A stretch of DNA of 64,000 nt from Clostridiaceae bacterium (GTDB lineage Bacteria > Bacillota > Clostridia > Acetivibrionales > DUMB01), in the NCBI GenBank assembly GCA_012840085.1, contig DUMB01000094.1, positions 84,960-148,959 on the forward strand. The letters run 5' to 3'. A program made the position numbers and the translations under genes. The stretch's first letter is position 1. Every line of letters starts with the position of its first letter. The notes under the pieces were generated by a model. The model had not been told where the DNA came from and made no database searches. It saw only the letters and a list, made by a program, of their open reading frames with translations. Shown in pieces: positions 29,159-39,032 of the stretch.

Positions 29159-29568
29159 AATAATTACCTCCTCTTTTTCATATAAACTATTATTAGTATT
29201 TCTTGATTGTTTCAGATATAACACTGAATATTGTGGTATATTTACAATTCAATGAAGTTCTTTTTTTATTCCTTGTTTCACTTGCCTATGTGATAAGTTA
29301 CCCTGTTGAATGATATTTGAATATTACTTGCATTTTTGGCCAAAGCCATAATCACCAGTGAAAATGTGAGAAAAAGGTCATGCACTTGATTCAGAAAGCT
29401 CAGGGAAAAAAATACATAGCCAGTCCGGGATGTGAAGTTCCTGCAGATGTATCAAATGAGGTTTTTGCAGCTTTCTGCAACGCATCAAAAGAGTTTTATG
29501 ACAGTAATTATGGCGAAAAGATGCGGTAAATAGTGCCGGTGAAAAATAAAAAATAAAAATAAAAATTT

Positions 29569-29597
29569 TTCTGAAAAGTTGTGAATTCATGTATAAA
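29569..29597 (+). promoter_or_regulatory. Candidate sigma-A-type promoter for the glucan-synthase leader
   Basis: TTCTGA (29569-29574), 17-nt spacer, TATAAA (29592-29597) preceded by TG. Confidence 0.3.
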
Positions 29598-29660
29598 TAG
29601 TTTTAAAACGGGTCAATACTATTAGTGACCTCACAAAATACATTTTGACCCCCTTTACAT

Positions 29661-29693
29661 GGTTAGTCGTGAAACGGCTAACCCCTTTTTTTT
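29661..29693 (+). terminator. Strong intrinsic terminator in the 5' leader of the 3001-aa gene (possible attenuator)
   Basis: GGTTAGTCG tgaaa CGGCTAACC (9 bp, one G-U pair) followed by CC and T8. It ends about 75-85 nt upstream of the start codon. Confidence 0.65.
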
Positions 29694-29766
29694 ACTACTT
29701 GTTCCGTATTAAATTAACTTATTTGGCACAATCTAAATAATACAAATATTTCTTAAACTACAGGAG

Positions 29767-32700
29767 ATGATTTGTTTAATGTACTTTGATTTGAGGGTCA
29801 TTGCAATAGCGGTAGTTGTACTTATTATTTTTTTGTTCCTTTTATTTGAATTACTCATGAAAAAAAAGCGGCCTGTTGTCAGGACAATTGATGCCTCCTT
29901 AACATGCGAAGAACTGGAGGAGCATGCAAGAAAGCTTGCTATAGACCATGTTGTATCAAAAAAAGCCATAATGTCCAACTGGCCCGTTCCCAGAATGAAC
30001 GACAATTTTTCCTTTATAACTTCTGTTTATAGGGAACTAAGTGAGGAAGTAAGTAAAAAAAGAGCCGTTCCGCCTGCAGCAGAATGGCTTCTTGATAATT
30101 TTTATATAGTTGAGGAGCAGGTTAAAAGCATCAGGCAGGACTTCAGAAGGGAAGACTACCTCCGCCTTCCCGTTCTTAAATGCGGTCCGATGAAGTCCAT
30201 GGCAAGGATTCATGTGATAGCAACAGAACTGGTAGCGCATACAGAAGGCCAGATAGACGAAAGAATCATTACTGATTTTCTTAAGGCATATCAGTCAAAC
30301 AGCATTCTCCTTGACAGGGAATTATGGGCTATGCCTGTTATGATTAGGTTGGCCCTTATAGACAACATAAGAAACATATGTGAAAAAATTCGTGATACTC
30401 ATAATAAATGGCGCAAAGCAGATGAGATTGCAGACAGCATTCTTAAATCGCAAACTCCTGATGAAAACCAATTCAAAAAAATACTGAAAGAAAACCTTAT
30501 GGACAGTCATGACATAAGTTTGTCCTTTGTTGAGCATTTATCATATAGATTAAGGCGCGGCGGCCGGGAATTTTCACCCCTGTTAAGGCATATAGATGCA
30601 GCTCTGGCAAGGCATGGCACTTCACTGGATGCGGTAACTCAGAGAGAGCACAACACTCAAGCCTCCTATGCAGTCTTGATAGGCAACAGCATAGTAAGTC
30701 TTAAATTCATATCAACCATGGATTGGGTTGAAATTTTCGAAGCGTCCAGCCAGGTGAGCAAAATACTCTCCCAGGACCCTGACGGTACTTACAAGCTTAT
30801 GGACCTTCCCTCCCGCGATTACTACAGAAAAAGAATAGAATATCTGGCATCAGAATGCAAAACATCGGAAATCCATGTTGCGCAGCAGGCTATTGAACTT
30901 GCTACTAAAGCCATGCCACAGTGCCAAACCCAGGATGCCTATAATCCTGATGCCCTGGATGCAAAATGCCATGTTGGGTATTACCTTGCGGGCAATGGTG
31001 TGCCTGAACTGATGAAAAGCCTTGGGCATAGTGCGAAAAAAGCAAGCAGTAGGCCTAACAATAAGAAATCCTTTACCGCTATCCTGTATTTTCTTTCAAT
31101 AGGAGTGCTGACTTTTGCTGCTGTCTTTCTGATTGCGTTTTATACATATAAAAATGCCCATTCTCACAATACACTGCTGGCATTGCTTGCAGGAATCTCT
31201 TTGCTGATACCCGCATCGGAAATAGCTATTTTTGTGGTAAACAAAGTTTCATGCAAGCTTACAAAGCCGTACATTTTCCCCAGGCTGGAGCTTAAGGACG
31301 GCATACCAAAAAAATACAGCACCATGATTGTCATACCTGCATTACTGCCGGATGAAAAAAGAGTAGAGGAACTTATTCAGAATCTCGAAACCCATTACCA
31401 TGCCAACAGGGAAGATAACCTGTATTTTGCCCTTGCAGGGGATTTCAAAGATTCAACCGAAGAGAAAATGCCCGGGGACGATGCCATTATACAGGCAGCT
31501 TTAAAGGGTATAAAGGAACTCAATAACAAATACAGTAAAAATGGTGTGGACATATTCTATTATTTTCACAGGCACAGGCAATTCAATCCTGCACAGAATA
31601 AATGGATGGGCTGGGAGAGAAAAAGGGGCGCTCTGATAGAGTTTAATGATCTGCTCCTTGGTTCAATGGACACAAGCTACTCTATCGTATCAGGAAGCCT
31701 GCCTCCTGATGTTGAGATAAAATATGTCATAACATTGGATGCAGACACAATGATGCCTATAGGAACAGCTAAAAAATTAATAGGAACCCTGGCTCATCCT
31801 TTGAACAGGCCTGTTATACACCCTCATAAAAATATCGTGGCAGAGGGTTACGGATTGATTCAGCCCCGCATCATTTTTGACATTGAAAGCTCGAACAAAA
31901 CCCTTTTCTCCCGGATATTCACGGGCCAGGAAGGCTTTGACCCTTATGCGGGAGCTGTTTCAGACATTTATCAGGACCTCTTTGGAGAAGGGATATTTAC
32001 AGGAAAAGGCATCTACCATCTAGAAGTATTCCAAAATATATTAAAGGACATAATACCGGAAAACTCCGTTTTGAGCCATGACCTCATTGAGGGTTGCTTT
32101 ATTCGTGCAGGCCTTGCAACAGATATAGAGCTTGTAGATTCATACCCGAAAAACTATTCCTCCTTTTGCGCAAGACTCCATCGCTGGGTAAGAGGAGACT
32201 GGCAGCTTATTCCATGGCTTTGCAGAAATGTACGTGATAAATACAACAACCCCATAAGAAACCCCATATCCCTAATATCTAAATGGAAAATCATGGACAA
32301 CATGAGGAGAAGCCTTATTGCTCCTGCTCTGTTTCTTTTGATTGCACTGGGGCTTACAGTTTTTCCGGGGATACTGCCGTGGGTTTCAATTCCCCTTGTT
32401 GTGCTCGGGCTTCCCTTTATTAGTTCAGTCATCAGCTATATTATGTCAAAACCCTTTACCCCCTACAGGATAAAGCAGTATCAACCGGTTATATCAGGAA
32501 TCAAAGCAGCATTCCTCCAGGCCGTGCTGTCATTCACTTTTTTGCCCTACCAGGCATACCTAATGCTGCATGCCATTAATATAACATTGTTCAGGGTGTT
32601 CTTTTCAAAAAGAGATATGCTGGAGTGGGTTACGGCAGCAGATGTTGAAAAAAGGCAAAAAAATTCCCTTGAGAGCTATTGGGCTAAAATGAAGTCGTCA

Positions 32701-35700
32701 CCCTTACTGGCTTGTGCACTTTTACTCCTGACAGTATTATTCAGGCCGGAGGTTTCAGTTGTAAGTGTTTTTCTTGCCTTATTGTGGGCTGCCGCTCCAT
32801 ATATAGCCTATATTACAAGCAAAACAGATGCTGAAGGAGATGTACAGCTGCCTCAGGAAGACATATTGGAGCTTCGCAGAATAGCAAGAAAAACATGGAG
32901 GTATTTTGAGGAATTTGCAAACCATAAGAACAATTTCCTCCCTCCTGACAATTATCAGGAGGAACCGCCAAACGGGATTGCTTACAGGACTTCGCCCACC
33001 AATATAGGACTTGGGCTTTTGTCCGCTCTTTCAGCCAGGGACTTTGGATATATAAGTACAAGTGAAATGCTTGATCTGGTGTCCAATACCATATCAACAA
33101 TTGAGAGAATGGAAAAATGGCACGGCCACCTCTATAACTGGTACGACACCCGTACCCTCAGGCCTCTCAGGCCAAGGTATATATCCACTGTTGACAGTGG
33201 AAATCTTGTGTGTTACTTCATAACCCTTATACAGGGTTTAAAGGACTGTCTGGAGAGACCTTTATTCGATGTAAAATATATTGCGGGTCTTAAGGATACT
33301 ATAAGCCTTATCAATGAAGATGGAGAACACTCCATAAATTCCGGCGTTCTGGACCTCCTTAAAGTACCCGAAGATGAACCTGTGTTGTTATGGTGGAACA
33401 AGTGCCTTGATGAACTTTCAAAAAGGCTAATAGAAGCTTATCCTAAAAAATCGCCCTGGAAATCCAAAACCCTGCACGCTGTCAGCATGCTGAAAAAGGA
33501 GCTGTCTGAGTTTGCGCCCTGGCTTGAAGAAATTGGCAGCTTGTCTGCTGAATCAACCGGGACTGAATCGTCTATATCTGAATCGACAATAAAAGGAACG
33601 GATTCGTCAATAACTGATCCGTCAACCAGGGGAACGGGTTCATCAATCTTGCATGCGCTTGCAAGGCAGAATCCGCGTCTTATTGACTTGCCGCATGTGT
33701 ATAAAGAGATTCTGGACAATATGGGAAATGCAAATAATTCGGAAAATCTGTCAGAGTTGAGAAAAACGCTGGAAAAGGCTCTTGACAACGTACAAAAATT
33801 TATTGAAAGGTACAGAAATCTGACTGAAAGGATAAGACAGCTTTCAGACGCAACCAGCTTTAAGCCTCTGTATGTGGAGAAGAAGCATTTATTCTCCATT
33901 GGCTACAACATTGAGGAAAACAGGCTGACCAATTCATACTATGACCTGCTGGCCTCAGAAGCAAGACAGACAAGCTATATTGCCATTGCCAGGGGTGAAG
34001 TTCCTCCTACCCACTGGTTTAAGCTGGGAAGAGCTATGACTGTTGTTGACTATTACAAAGGACTTGTATCCTGGACAGGAACAATGTTTGAATACCTTAT
34101 GCCCCTGATTATTATGAGAAGCTATAAAAATACATTGTTGGATGAAACCTATTCTTTTGTGGTCAGAAGCCAGAAAAAGTATGGCAGACAGAGATGGGTA
34201 CCATGGGGTGCATCCGAATCAGGATTTTACTCTATGGATATCAATCTGGATTACCAGTATAAAGCCATTGGCGTGCCCTGGCTTGGCCTCAAAAGAGGCC
34301 TTATAGAGGATGTTGTAGCAACTCCCTATGCTACATTCCTTGCCCTGCCCATTGATCCTGCAGGCGCTATGGAAAATATAAAAAAATTGAAGGCAGAAGG
34401 ACTGAACGGGCCCTACGGCTACTATGAAGCGGTGGATTATACACCTGAAAGGGTGCCTTTTGGAGAAAAACGCGCAATAGTAAGGAGCTTTATGGCCCAT
34501 CACCTGGGCATGAGCCTCTTGGCAATGAACAATTACATCAATGAAAACATAATACAAAGGCGCTTTCATTCCGACCCTGCCGTAAAAGCAGCAGAATTGC
34601 TTTTACAGGAAAAGGTGCCAACCAGCCTCGTCCTTACAAAAGAAACAAAGGAAAAGGTTGTTCCTTTTAAAGCAGTAGCATATAAAGGAAAAGTAGCCGT
34701 AAGAAGATTCAGGCATCCGGACACAGGGCTCCCAAGAGTCCATATGTTGTCCAACGGCAGTTATGCCGTAATGATTACTGACAGAGGTACAGGATACAGC
34801 ATATGCAGGGGCATATCGGTAACCAGGTGGAGAGAAGATGTGTCCATAGACAACTACGGAGTATTTTTCTACTTTAGGGATGTTGACAGCAACAGAATAT
34901 GGTCAGCCACACATGCACCCCTTGATGTACTTCCGGACAAGTTTGAAGGGTATTTTACCGCTGACAAGGCAAGCTTTAAAAGAATTGACGGCGATATAGA
35001 AACGGGTATTGAGATAACGGTAGCTCCGGGTGACAATGTGGAAATCCGCCGCTTATCACTGAAAAATAACAGCAATACTGACAAGACAGTTGAAGTAACG
35101 AGTTATTATGAGCCCGTGCTCTCTCATCAGACATCTGATGTGGCTCATCCGGCATTTAATAAACTTTTTGTAAGGACTGAATATATTGCGGAATACAAAA
35201 GCCTGGTTGCCGTCAGGAGGCCAAGGGCTGCATCTGACAAAGAATGGTGGGCATTTAATATGCCTGTGGTTGAAGGGGAGACTATCGGAAATATGGAGTA
35301 CGAAACTGACAGGATGCAGTTTATAGGTCGTGGAAACACAGTTTCATCTCCGGTTGTAATAAACAACAACAGGCCCCTTTCCAACAGCATAGGCCCTGTG
35401 CTTGACCCTGTAATGAGCACAAGATTTCGCGTTAAAATCAAAGCCGGCCATACCATGAGGTTGTCATATATCATTGGCATAACCGACAGCCGTGAATTGA
35501 TGATTAATATGATGGAAAAATATTCTGCACCCGAGTCGGTGGAAAATGCCTTTAGGCTGGCTCTTACCAGAAGCCAGGTGGAAGCTAAGTACCTTAACAT
35601 AAAAGCAGCTGAAATAGATACCTTCCAGGACATGCTATCCCATATCCACTTCATAAGTCCTTTAAGAAGGCAAAAAAGCGAATATATCGCAAAGAATACC

Positions 35701-38700
35701 AAAGGCCAGTCAGCCCTTTGGACTTACGGAATTTCGGGAGATTTGCCAATTGTACTGGTGGTTCTGAAGAACACGGATGAAATGGATATAGTATATGAGA
35801 CCCTTAAAGCCCACGAATACTGGTTTGTCAAAGGCCTGAAGGTGGACCTGGTTATTCTTAATGAAGAAGAAAACAGCTACATTCACCCGTTGTTTTCGCT
35901 GCTTAAAGATGCCGTTGCATCAAGCCACGCCCACAATCTCATTAATAAACCCGGAGGCGTATATATTTTAAACAGAAACAACGTGGCTGATAAAGACTTA
36001 CCGTTGTTCTATGCAGTGGCAAGAATAATTCTCAGGGGCGACGGCGGTTCACTTTCTGAACAGATAAAAACCACATACCGCAAACAGGCTGTTGATGTCA
36101 GACAAGCACCGGCGGACAATAATTCCATTCAGGAAGCGGCTTGTGCGCCTGAATGTTCTGAGCTCATTGACAAAAAAGAACTCAGATTTTTCAATGAATT
36201 GGGTGGTTTCAGCCCTGATGGCAGTGAATACGTGATACGCCTGGAAAAAGGCCAGAATACCCCTGCTCCGTGGGTGAATATAATTGCCAATCCGAATTTC
36301 GGCTCCATCGTGTCAGAGTCCGGTCCGGTTTATACATGGTGCGAGAATAGCCGTGAAAACAAGCTGACTCCGTGGTCAAACGACCCTGTCAGCAATACTC
36401 CCGGTGAGGTGCTTTATCTGACTGACTGGAAAACCAACAGGACTTGGACAATAACTCCTCTTCCTGTCAGGGATGAAGGAACCTATGTCATAACCCATGG
36501 TTTCGGTTACTCCACATTTAAGCATGTGAGCCAGGGAATAGAACAAAGTATGGTACAGTTTGTACCCATATATGATAAAGTTAAGATAAGTTTGATAAAA
36601 CTTAAAAACCTGACCGGTGAAAACAAAAATATTGGACTGACATATTATATAAGGCCTGTGCTGGGTGTCAGTGACCAGCTTACTGCAATGCACATAAAGA
36701 CCAGTATAGGTGAAGGCAATGTGCTGTTTATAGAAAATCCTTACAATGACGAATTTCCGGGCAGGATTGCATTTTTGGACGCATCTGAAAAGGAACGTTC
36801 GGTAACCGGCGACAGAAAGGATTTCATAGGATCCGGAGGTATTTCATCACCGGAGGGACTCAGGCAGAAAAAGCTGCCTGGTTCTGTGGGTATAGGGTTG
36901 GACCCATGTGCTGCAATGCAGATAGATGTTGTCCTGGAACCGGGTAAGGAAAAAGAAGTGGTATTCCTTCTTGGAATGGGCAAAAATCCTGATGAAATTT
37001 ATTCTTTAATATCAAAATATTGCAATGTTGAAAGTGCAAGAAAAGCACTCACGGATATAAAGAACTTTTGGAAGGACAGACTTGGCAAAATAAGTGTAAA
37101 AACACCGGATGAAGCATTCAATATAATGCTTAACGGCTGGCTTTTGTACCAGGTTATCGTATGCAGGATATGGGCAAGATCTTCATTCTACCAGTCAGGT
37201 GGTGCATATGGCTTCAGAGACCAGCTTCAGGATTCCCTCGCCGCTCTGAACGTATGGCCTGAACTTACACGCAACCAGATCCTGCTCCATGCCGCTCATC
37301 AATTTGTTGAAGGAGATGCCCAACATTGGTGGCACGAACAGCAGAACAAAGGAACCCGTACAAGGTTCTCCGATGACCGCTTGTGGCTGCCCTATGTCAC
37401 TGCGCAGTATATTAATGTTACCGGTGATACGGGCATATTGGATATTGTCGTACCTTTCCTCGAAGACGAGCCGCTGCAGGAGCATGAGGATGAAAGGTAC
37501 AGTAAGCCTGTCGTTTCCTCTCAATCGGCCACAGTATACGAACACTGCATACGTGCTATAGACATCTCACTTAAGTTTGGTGAGCACGGTCTGCCTCTTA
37601 TGGGCTCAGGCGACTGGAATGACGGCATGAATACTGTCGGAAACAAAGGAAAAGGCGAAAGCGTTTGGCTTGGATGGTTTTTATATTCAACTATAGAGAG
37701 CTTTATTCCATTTTGCCTTAACAGAAATGATAATGAAAGGGCTCAACGTTACCTTGACGCTATGAATAAAATCAAGCAGGCCATAGAAGAAAACGCCTGG
37801 GACGGAAATTGGTACAGGAGGGCATATTTTGATAACGGATTGCCGCTTGGCTCCATACAGAACAGTGAGTGCAAAATTGACTCCATATCCCAATCCTGGG
37901 CAGTTATATCAGGTGCAGGAAATGAAAAAAGGATTAAGACTGCCATGGAATCGGTAGAAAATTATCTTGTTAACAAGGAAGAAGGATTAGTGAAACTTCT
38001 TACACCACCTTTTGATAACAGTGAGCTCGAACCTGGCTACATCAAAAGCTATGTTCCGGGTGTAAGGGAAAACGGAGGACAGTACACTCATGCTGCTGCC
38101 TGGGTGATTATAGCATTTTCAAAAATGTGTATTGGTGACACAGCATGGGAAATACTTGATCTTATAAACCCGATAAACCATACCCGTACTCCTATGGAAG
38201 TCCTAAAATACAAAGCAGAACCATATGTTGTAGCCGCAGATGTATATGCGGTACCTCCTCATGTAGGACGAGGCGGCTGGACCTGGTATACAGGCTCTGC
38301 GGCATGGATTTATAAGGCAGGACTGGAGTATATCCTTGGTCTTAGAAGAAAAGGGCAATACCTTGTGATAAATCCTTGTATACCAAAAAAGTGGAGTGAA
38401 TATTCTGTAGACTATAAATATATGGATACTTTGTATAAAATAAAGGTAAACAACCCCAAAGGCATTAACTGTGGAGTTAAAAGCATTGTAGTTGACGGCA
38501 AACCGGTTGTAATAGACGGTAGGCCGCTTGCAGCCGGTGGCAAACAGGTTTCAGCCGATGAAAAACATGTTGTTGCCGGCGGCAAACCAACTGCAATTGT
38601 TGATAAACCGGCTGCAGTTGATGAAAAACAGGTTATGATTGATGGCAAACCAGTTGCAGATGATAGTAAAACCCTGGAAGATGTTCTGTCCAATGTTAAT

Positions 38701-38772
38701 CAGCCTGAAAACGCACAAATACAGCTTGTTAACGACAGAAATGTGCATTTTGTAGAAGTAACTTTGGGATAA
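29767..38772 (+). CDS. Cyclic beta-1,2-glucan synthase-like giant protein (N-terminal TM segments, GT84 glycosyltransferase, further TMs, GH94 phosphorylase-like C-terminal half)
   Basis: 3001 aa. GT motifs are ITLDADTMMP, SHDLIEG and RLHRWVRGDWQL. GH94-type catalytic context is LMGSGDWNDGMN. Overall architecture matches Cgs/NdvB/ChvB. An alternative start lies at ATG 29779. Confidence 0.85.
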   Translation: MICLMYFDLRVIAIAVVVLIIFLFLLFELLMKKKRPVVRTIDASLTCEELEEHARKLAIDHVVSKKAIMSNWPVPRMNDNFSFITSVYRELSEEVSKKRAVPPAAEWLLDNFYIVEEQVKSIRQDFRREDYLRLPVLKCGPMKSMARIHVIATELVAHTEGQIDERIITDFLKAYQSNSILLDRELWAMPVMIRLALIDNIRNICEKIRDTHNKWRKADEIADSILKSQTPDENQFKKILKENLMDSHDISLSFVEHLSYRLRRGGREFSPLLRHIDAALARHGTSLDAVTQREHNTQASYAVLIGNSIVSLKFISTMDWVEIFEASSQVSKILSQDPDGTYKLMDLPSRDYYRKRIEYLASECKTSEIHVAQQAIELATKAMPQCQTQDAYNPDALDAKCHVGYYLAGNGVPELMKSLGHSAKKASSRPNNKKSFTAILYFLSIGVLTFAAVFLIAFYTYKNAHSHNTLLALLAGISLLIPASEIAIFVVNKVSCKLTKPYIFPRLELKDGIPKKYSTMIVIPALLPDEKRVEELIQNLETHYHANREDNLYFALAGDFKDSTEEKMPGDDAIIQAALKGIKELNNKYSKNGVDIFYYFHRHRQFNPAQNKWMGWERKRGALIEFNDLLLGSMDTSYSIVSGSLPPDVEIKYVITLDADTMMPIGTAKKLIGTLAHPLNRPVIHPHKNIVAEGYGLIQPRIIFDIESSNKTLFSRIFTGQEGFDPYAGAVSDIYQDLFGEGIFTGKGIYHLEVFQNILKDIIPENSVLSHDLIEGCFIRAGLATDIELVDSYPKNYSSFCARLHRWVRGDWQLIPWLCRNVRDKYNNPIRNPISLISKWKIMDNMRRSLIAPALFLLIALGLTVFPGILPWVSIPLVVLGLPFISSVISYIMSKPFTPYRIKQYQPVISGIKAAFLQAVLSFTFLPYQAYLMLHAINITLFRVFFSKRDMLEWVTAADVEKRQKNSLESYWAKMKSSPLLACALLLLTVLFRPEVSVVSVFLALLWAAAPYIAYITSKTDAEGDVQLPQEDILELRRIARKTWRYFEEFANHKNNFLPPDNYQEEPPNGIAYRTSPTNIGLGLLSALSARDFGYISTSEMLDLVSNTISTIERMEKWHGHLYNWYDTRTLRPLRPRYISTVDSGNLVCYFITLIQGLKDCLERPLFDVKYIAGLKDTISLINEDGEHSINSGVLDLLKVPEDEPVLLWWNKCLDELSKRLIEAYPKKSPWKSKTLHAVSMLKKELSEFAPWLEEIGSLSAESTGTESSISESTIKGTDSSITDPSTRGTGSSILHALARQNPRLIDLPHVYKEILDNMGNANNSENLSELRKTLEKALDNVQKFIERYRNLTERIRQLSDATSFKPLYVEKKHLFSIGYNIEENRLTNSYYDLLASEARQTSYIAIARGEVPPTHWFKLGRAMTVVDYYKGLVSWTGTMFEYLMPLIIMRSYKNTLLDETYSFVVRSQKKYGRQRWVPWGASESGFYSMDINLDYQYKAIGVPWLGLKRGLIEDVVATPYATFLALPIDPAGAMENIKKLKAEGLNGPYGYYEAVDYTPERVPFGEKRAIVRSFMAHHLGMSLLAMNNYINENIIQRRFHSDPAVKAAELLLQEKVPTSLVLTKETKEKVVPFKAVAYKGKVAVRRFRHPDTGLPRVHMLSNGSYAVMITDRGTGYSICRGISVTRWREDVSIDNYGVFFYFRDVDSNRIWSATHAPLDVLPDKFEGYFTADKASFKRIDGDIETGIEITVAPGDNVEIRRLSLKNNSNTDKTVEVTSYYEPVLSHQTSDVAHPAFNKLFVRTEYIAEYKSLVAVRRPRAASDKEWWAFNMPVVEGETIGNMEYETDRMQFIGRGNTVSSPVVINNNRPLSNSIGPVLDPVMSTRFRVKIKAGHTMRLSYIIGITDSRELMINMMEKYSAPESVENAFRLALTRSQVEAKYLNIKAAEIDTFQDMLSHIHFISPLRRQKSEYIAKNTKGQSALWTYGISGDLPIVLVVLKNTDEMDIVYETLKAHEYWFVKGLKVDLVILNEEENSYIHPLFSLLKDAVASSHAHNLINKPGGVYILNRNNVADKDLPLFYAVARIILRGDGGSLSEQIKTTYRKQAVDVRQAPADNNSIQEAACAPECSELIDKKELRFFNELGGFSPDGSEYVIRLEKGQNTPAPWVNIIANPNFGSIVSESGPVYTWCENSRENKLTPWSNDPVSNTPGEVLYLTDWKTNRTWTITPLPVRDEGTYVITHGFGYSTFKHVSQGIEQSMVQFVPIYDKVKISLIKLKNLTGENKNIGLTYYIRPVLGVSDQLTAMHIKTSIGEGNVLFIENPYNDEFPGRIAFLDASEKERSVTGDRKDFIGSGGISSPEGLRQKKLPGSVGIGLDPCAAMQIDVVLEPGKEKEVVFLLGMGKNPDEIYSLISKYCNVESARKALTDIKNFWKDRLGKISVKTPDEAFNIMLNGWLLYQVIVCRIWARSSFYQSGGAYGFRDQLQDSLAALNVWPELTRNQILLHAAHQFVEGDAQHWWHEQQNKGTRTRFSDDRLWLPYVTAQYINVTGDTGILDIVVPFLEDEPLQEHEDERYSKPVVSSQSATVYEHCIRAIDISLKFGEHGLPLMGSGDWNDGMNTVGNKGKGESVWLGWFLYSTIESFIPFCLNRNDNERAQRYLDAMNKIKQAIEENAWDGNWYRRAYFDNGLPLGSIQNSECKIDSISQSWAVISGAGNEKRIKTAMESVENYLVNKEEGLVKLLTPPFDNSELEPGYIKSYVPGVRENGGQYTHAAAWVIIAFSKMCIGDTAWEILDLINPINHTRTPMEVLKYKAEPYVVAADVYAVPPHVGRGGWTWYTGSAAWIYKAGLEYILGLRRKGQYLVINPCIPKKWSEYSVDYKYMDTLYKIKVNNPKGINCGVKSIVVDGKPVVIDGRPLAAGGKQVSADEKHVVAGGKPTAIVDKPAAVDEKQVMIDGKPVADDSKTLEDVLSNVNQPENAQIQLVNDRNVHFVEVTLG
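33550..33648. repeat. 3 x roughly 33-bp in-frame repeat encoding a Ser/Thr-rich linker
   Basis: ESTGTESSIS / ESTIKGTDSSIT / DPSTRGTGSSI. Confidence 0.6.
38491..38674. repeat. About 8 x 21-bp in-frame tandem repeat (heptads) near the C-terminus of the glucan synthase
   Basis: VDGKPVVI DGRPLAA GGKQVSA DEKHVVA GGKPTAI VDKPAAV DEKQVMI DGKPVAD DSKT. Confidence 0.8.
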
Positions 38773-38838
38773 ACTAACGCAGACTATAACATAGTGCGAT
38801 CAAACAAATTGTAGTTCAGAATGATCCGACATATTATT

Positions 38839-38865
38839 GCACACACTAGCTGTGTGCCTTTTTTG
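38839..38865 (+). terminator. Rho-independent terminator after the glucan synthase gene
   Basis: GCACACA ctagc TGTGTGC followed by CTTTTTTG. Confidence 0.65.
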
Positions 38866-38938
38866 AAAAGGCACAACAAACCAATTTGCAACATACAACA
38901 TGGCAAATTAATATAAAAGCGTAGCTTTAACCATTTAT

Positions 38939-38978
38939 TGCATAGCTTGAGCATTAACTGCATAGCTTGAGCATTAAC
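38939..38978. repeat. Perfect 20-bp tandem duplication
   Basis: tgcatagcttgagcattaac x2. Confidence 0.9.
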
Positions 38979-39032
38979 GGCAAAGAGCTTTTCCTGAGAG
39001 GCTTAATGAATCAAGCTGCCAATTTGACTTGT

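Noticed and set aside
29380-29529. 49-codon plus-strand ORF (MHLIQKAQGKKYIASPGCEVPADVSNEVFAAFCNASKEFYDSNYGEKMR) upstream of the glucan synthase leader.
   Set aside because: The RBS is weak and I recognised no family. It may be a gene fragment or a real small gene. I mention it only as an alternative explanation for the leader terminator.
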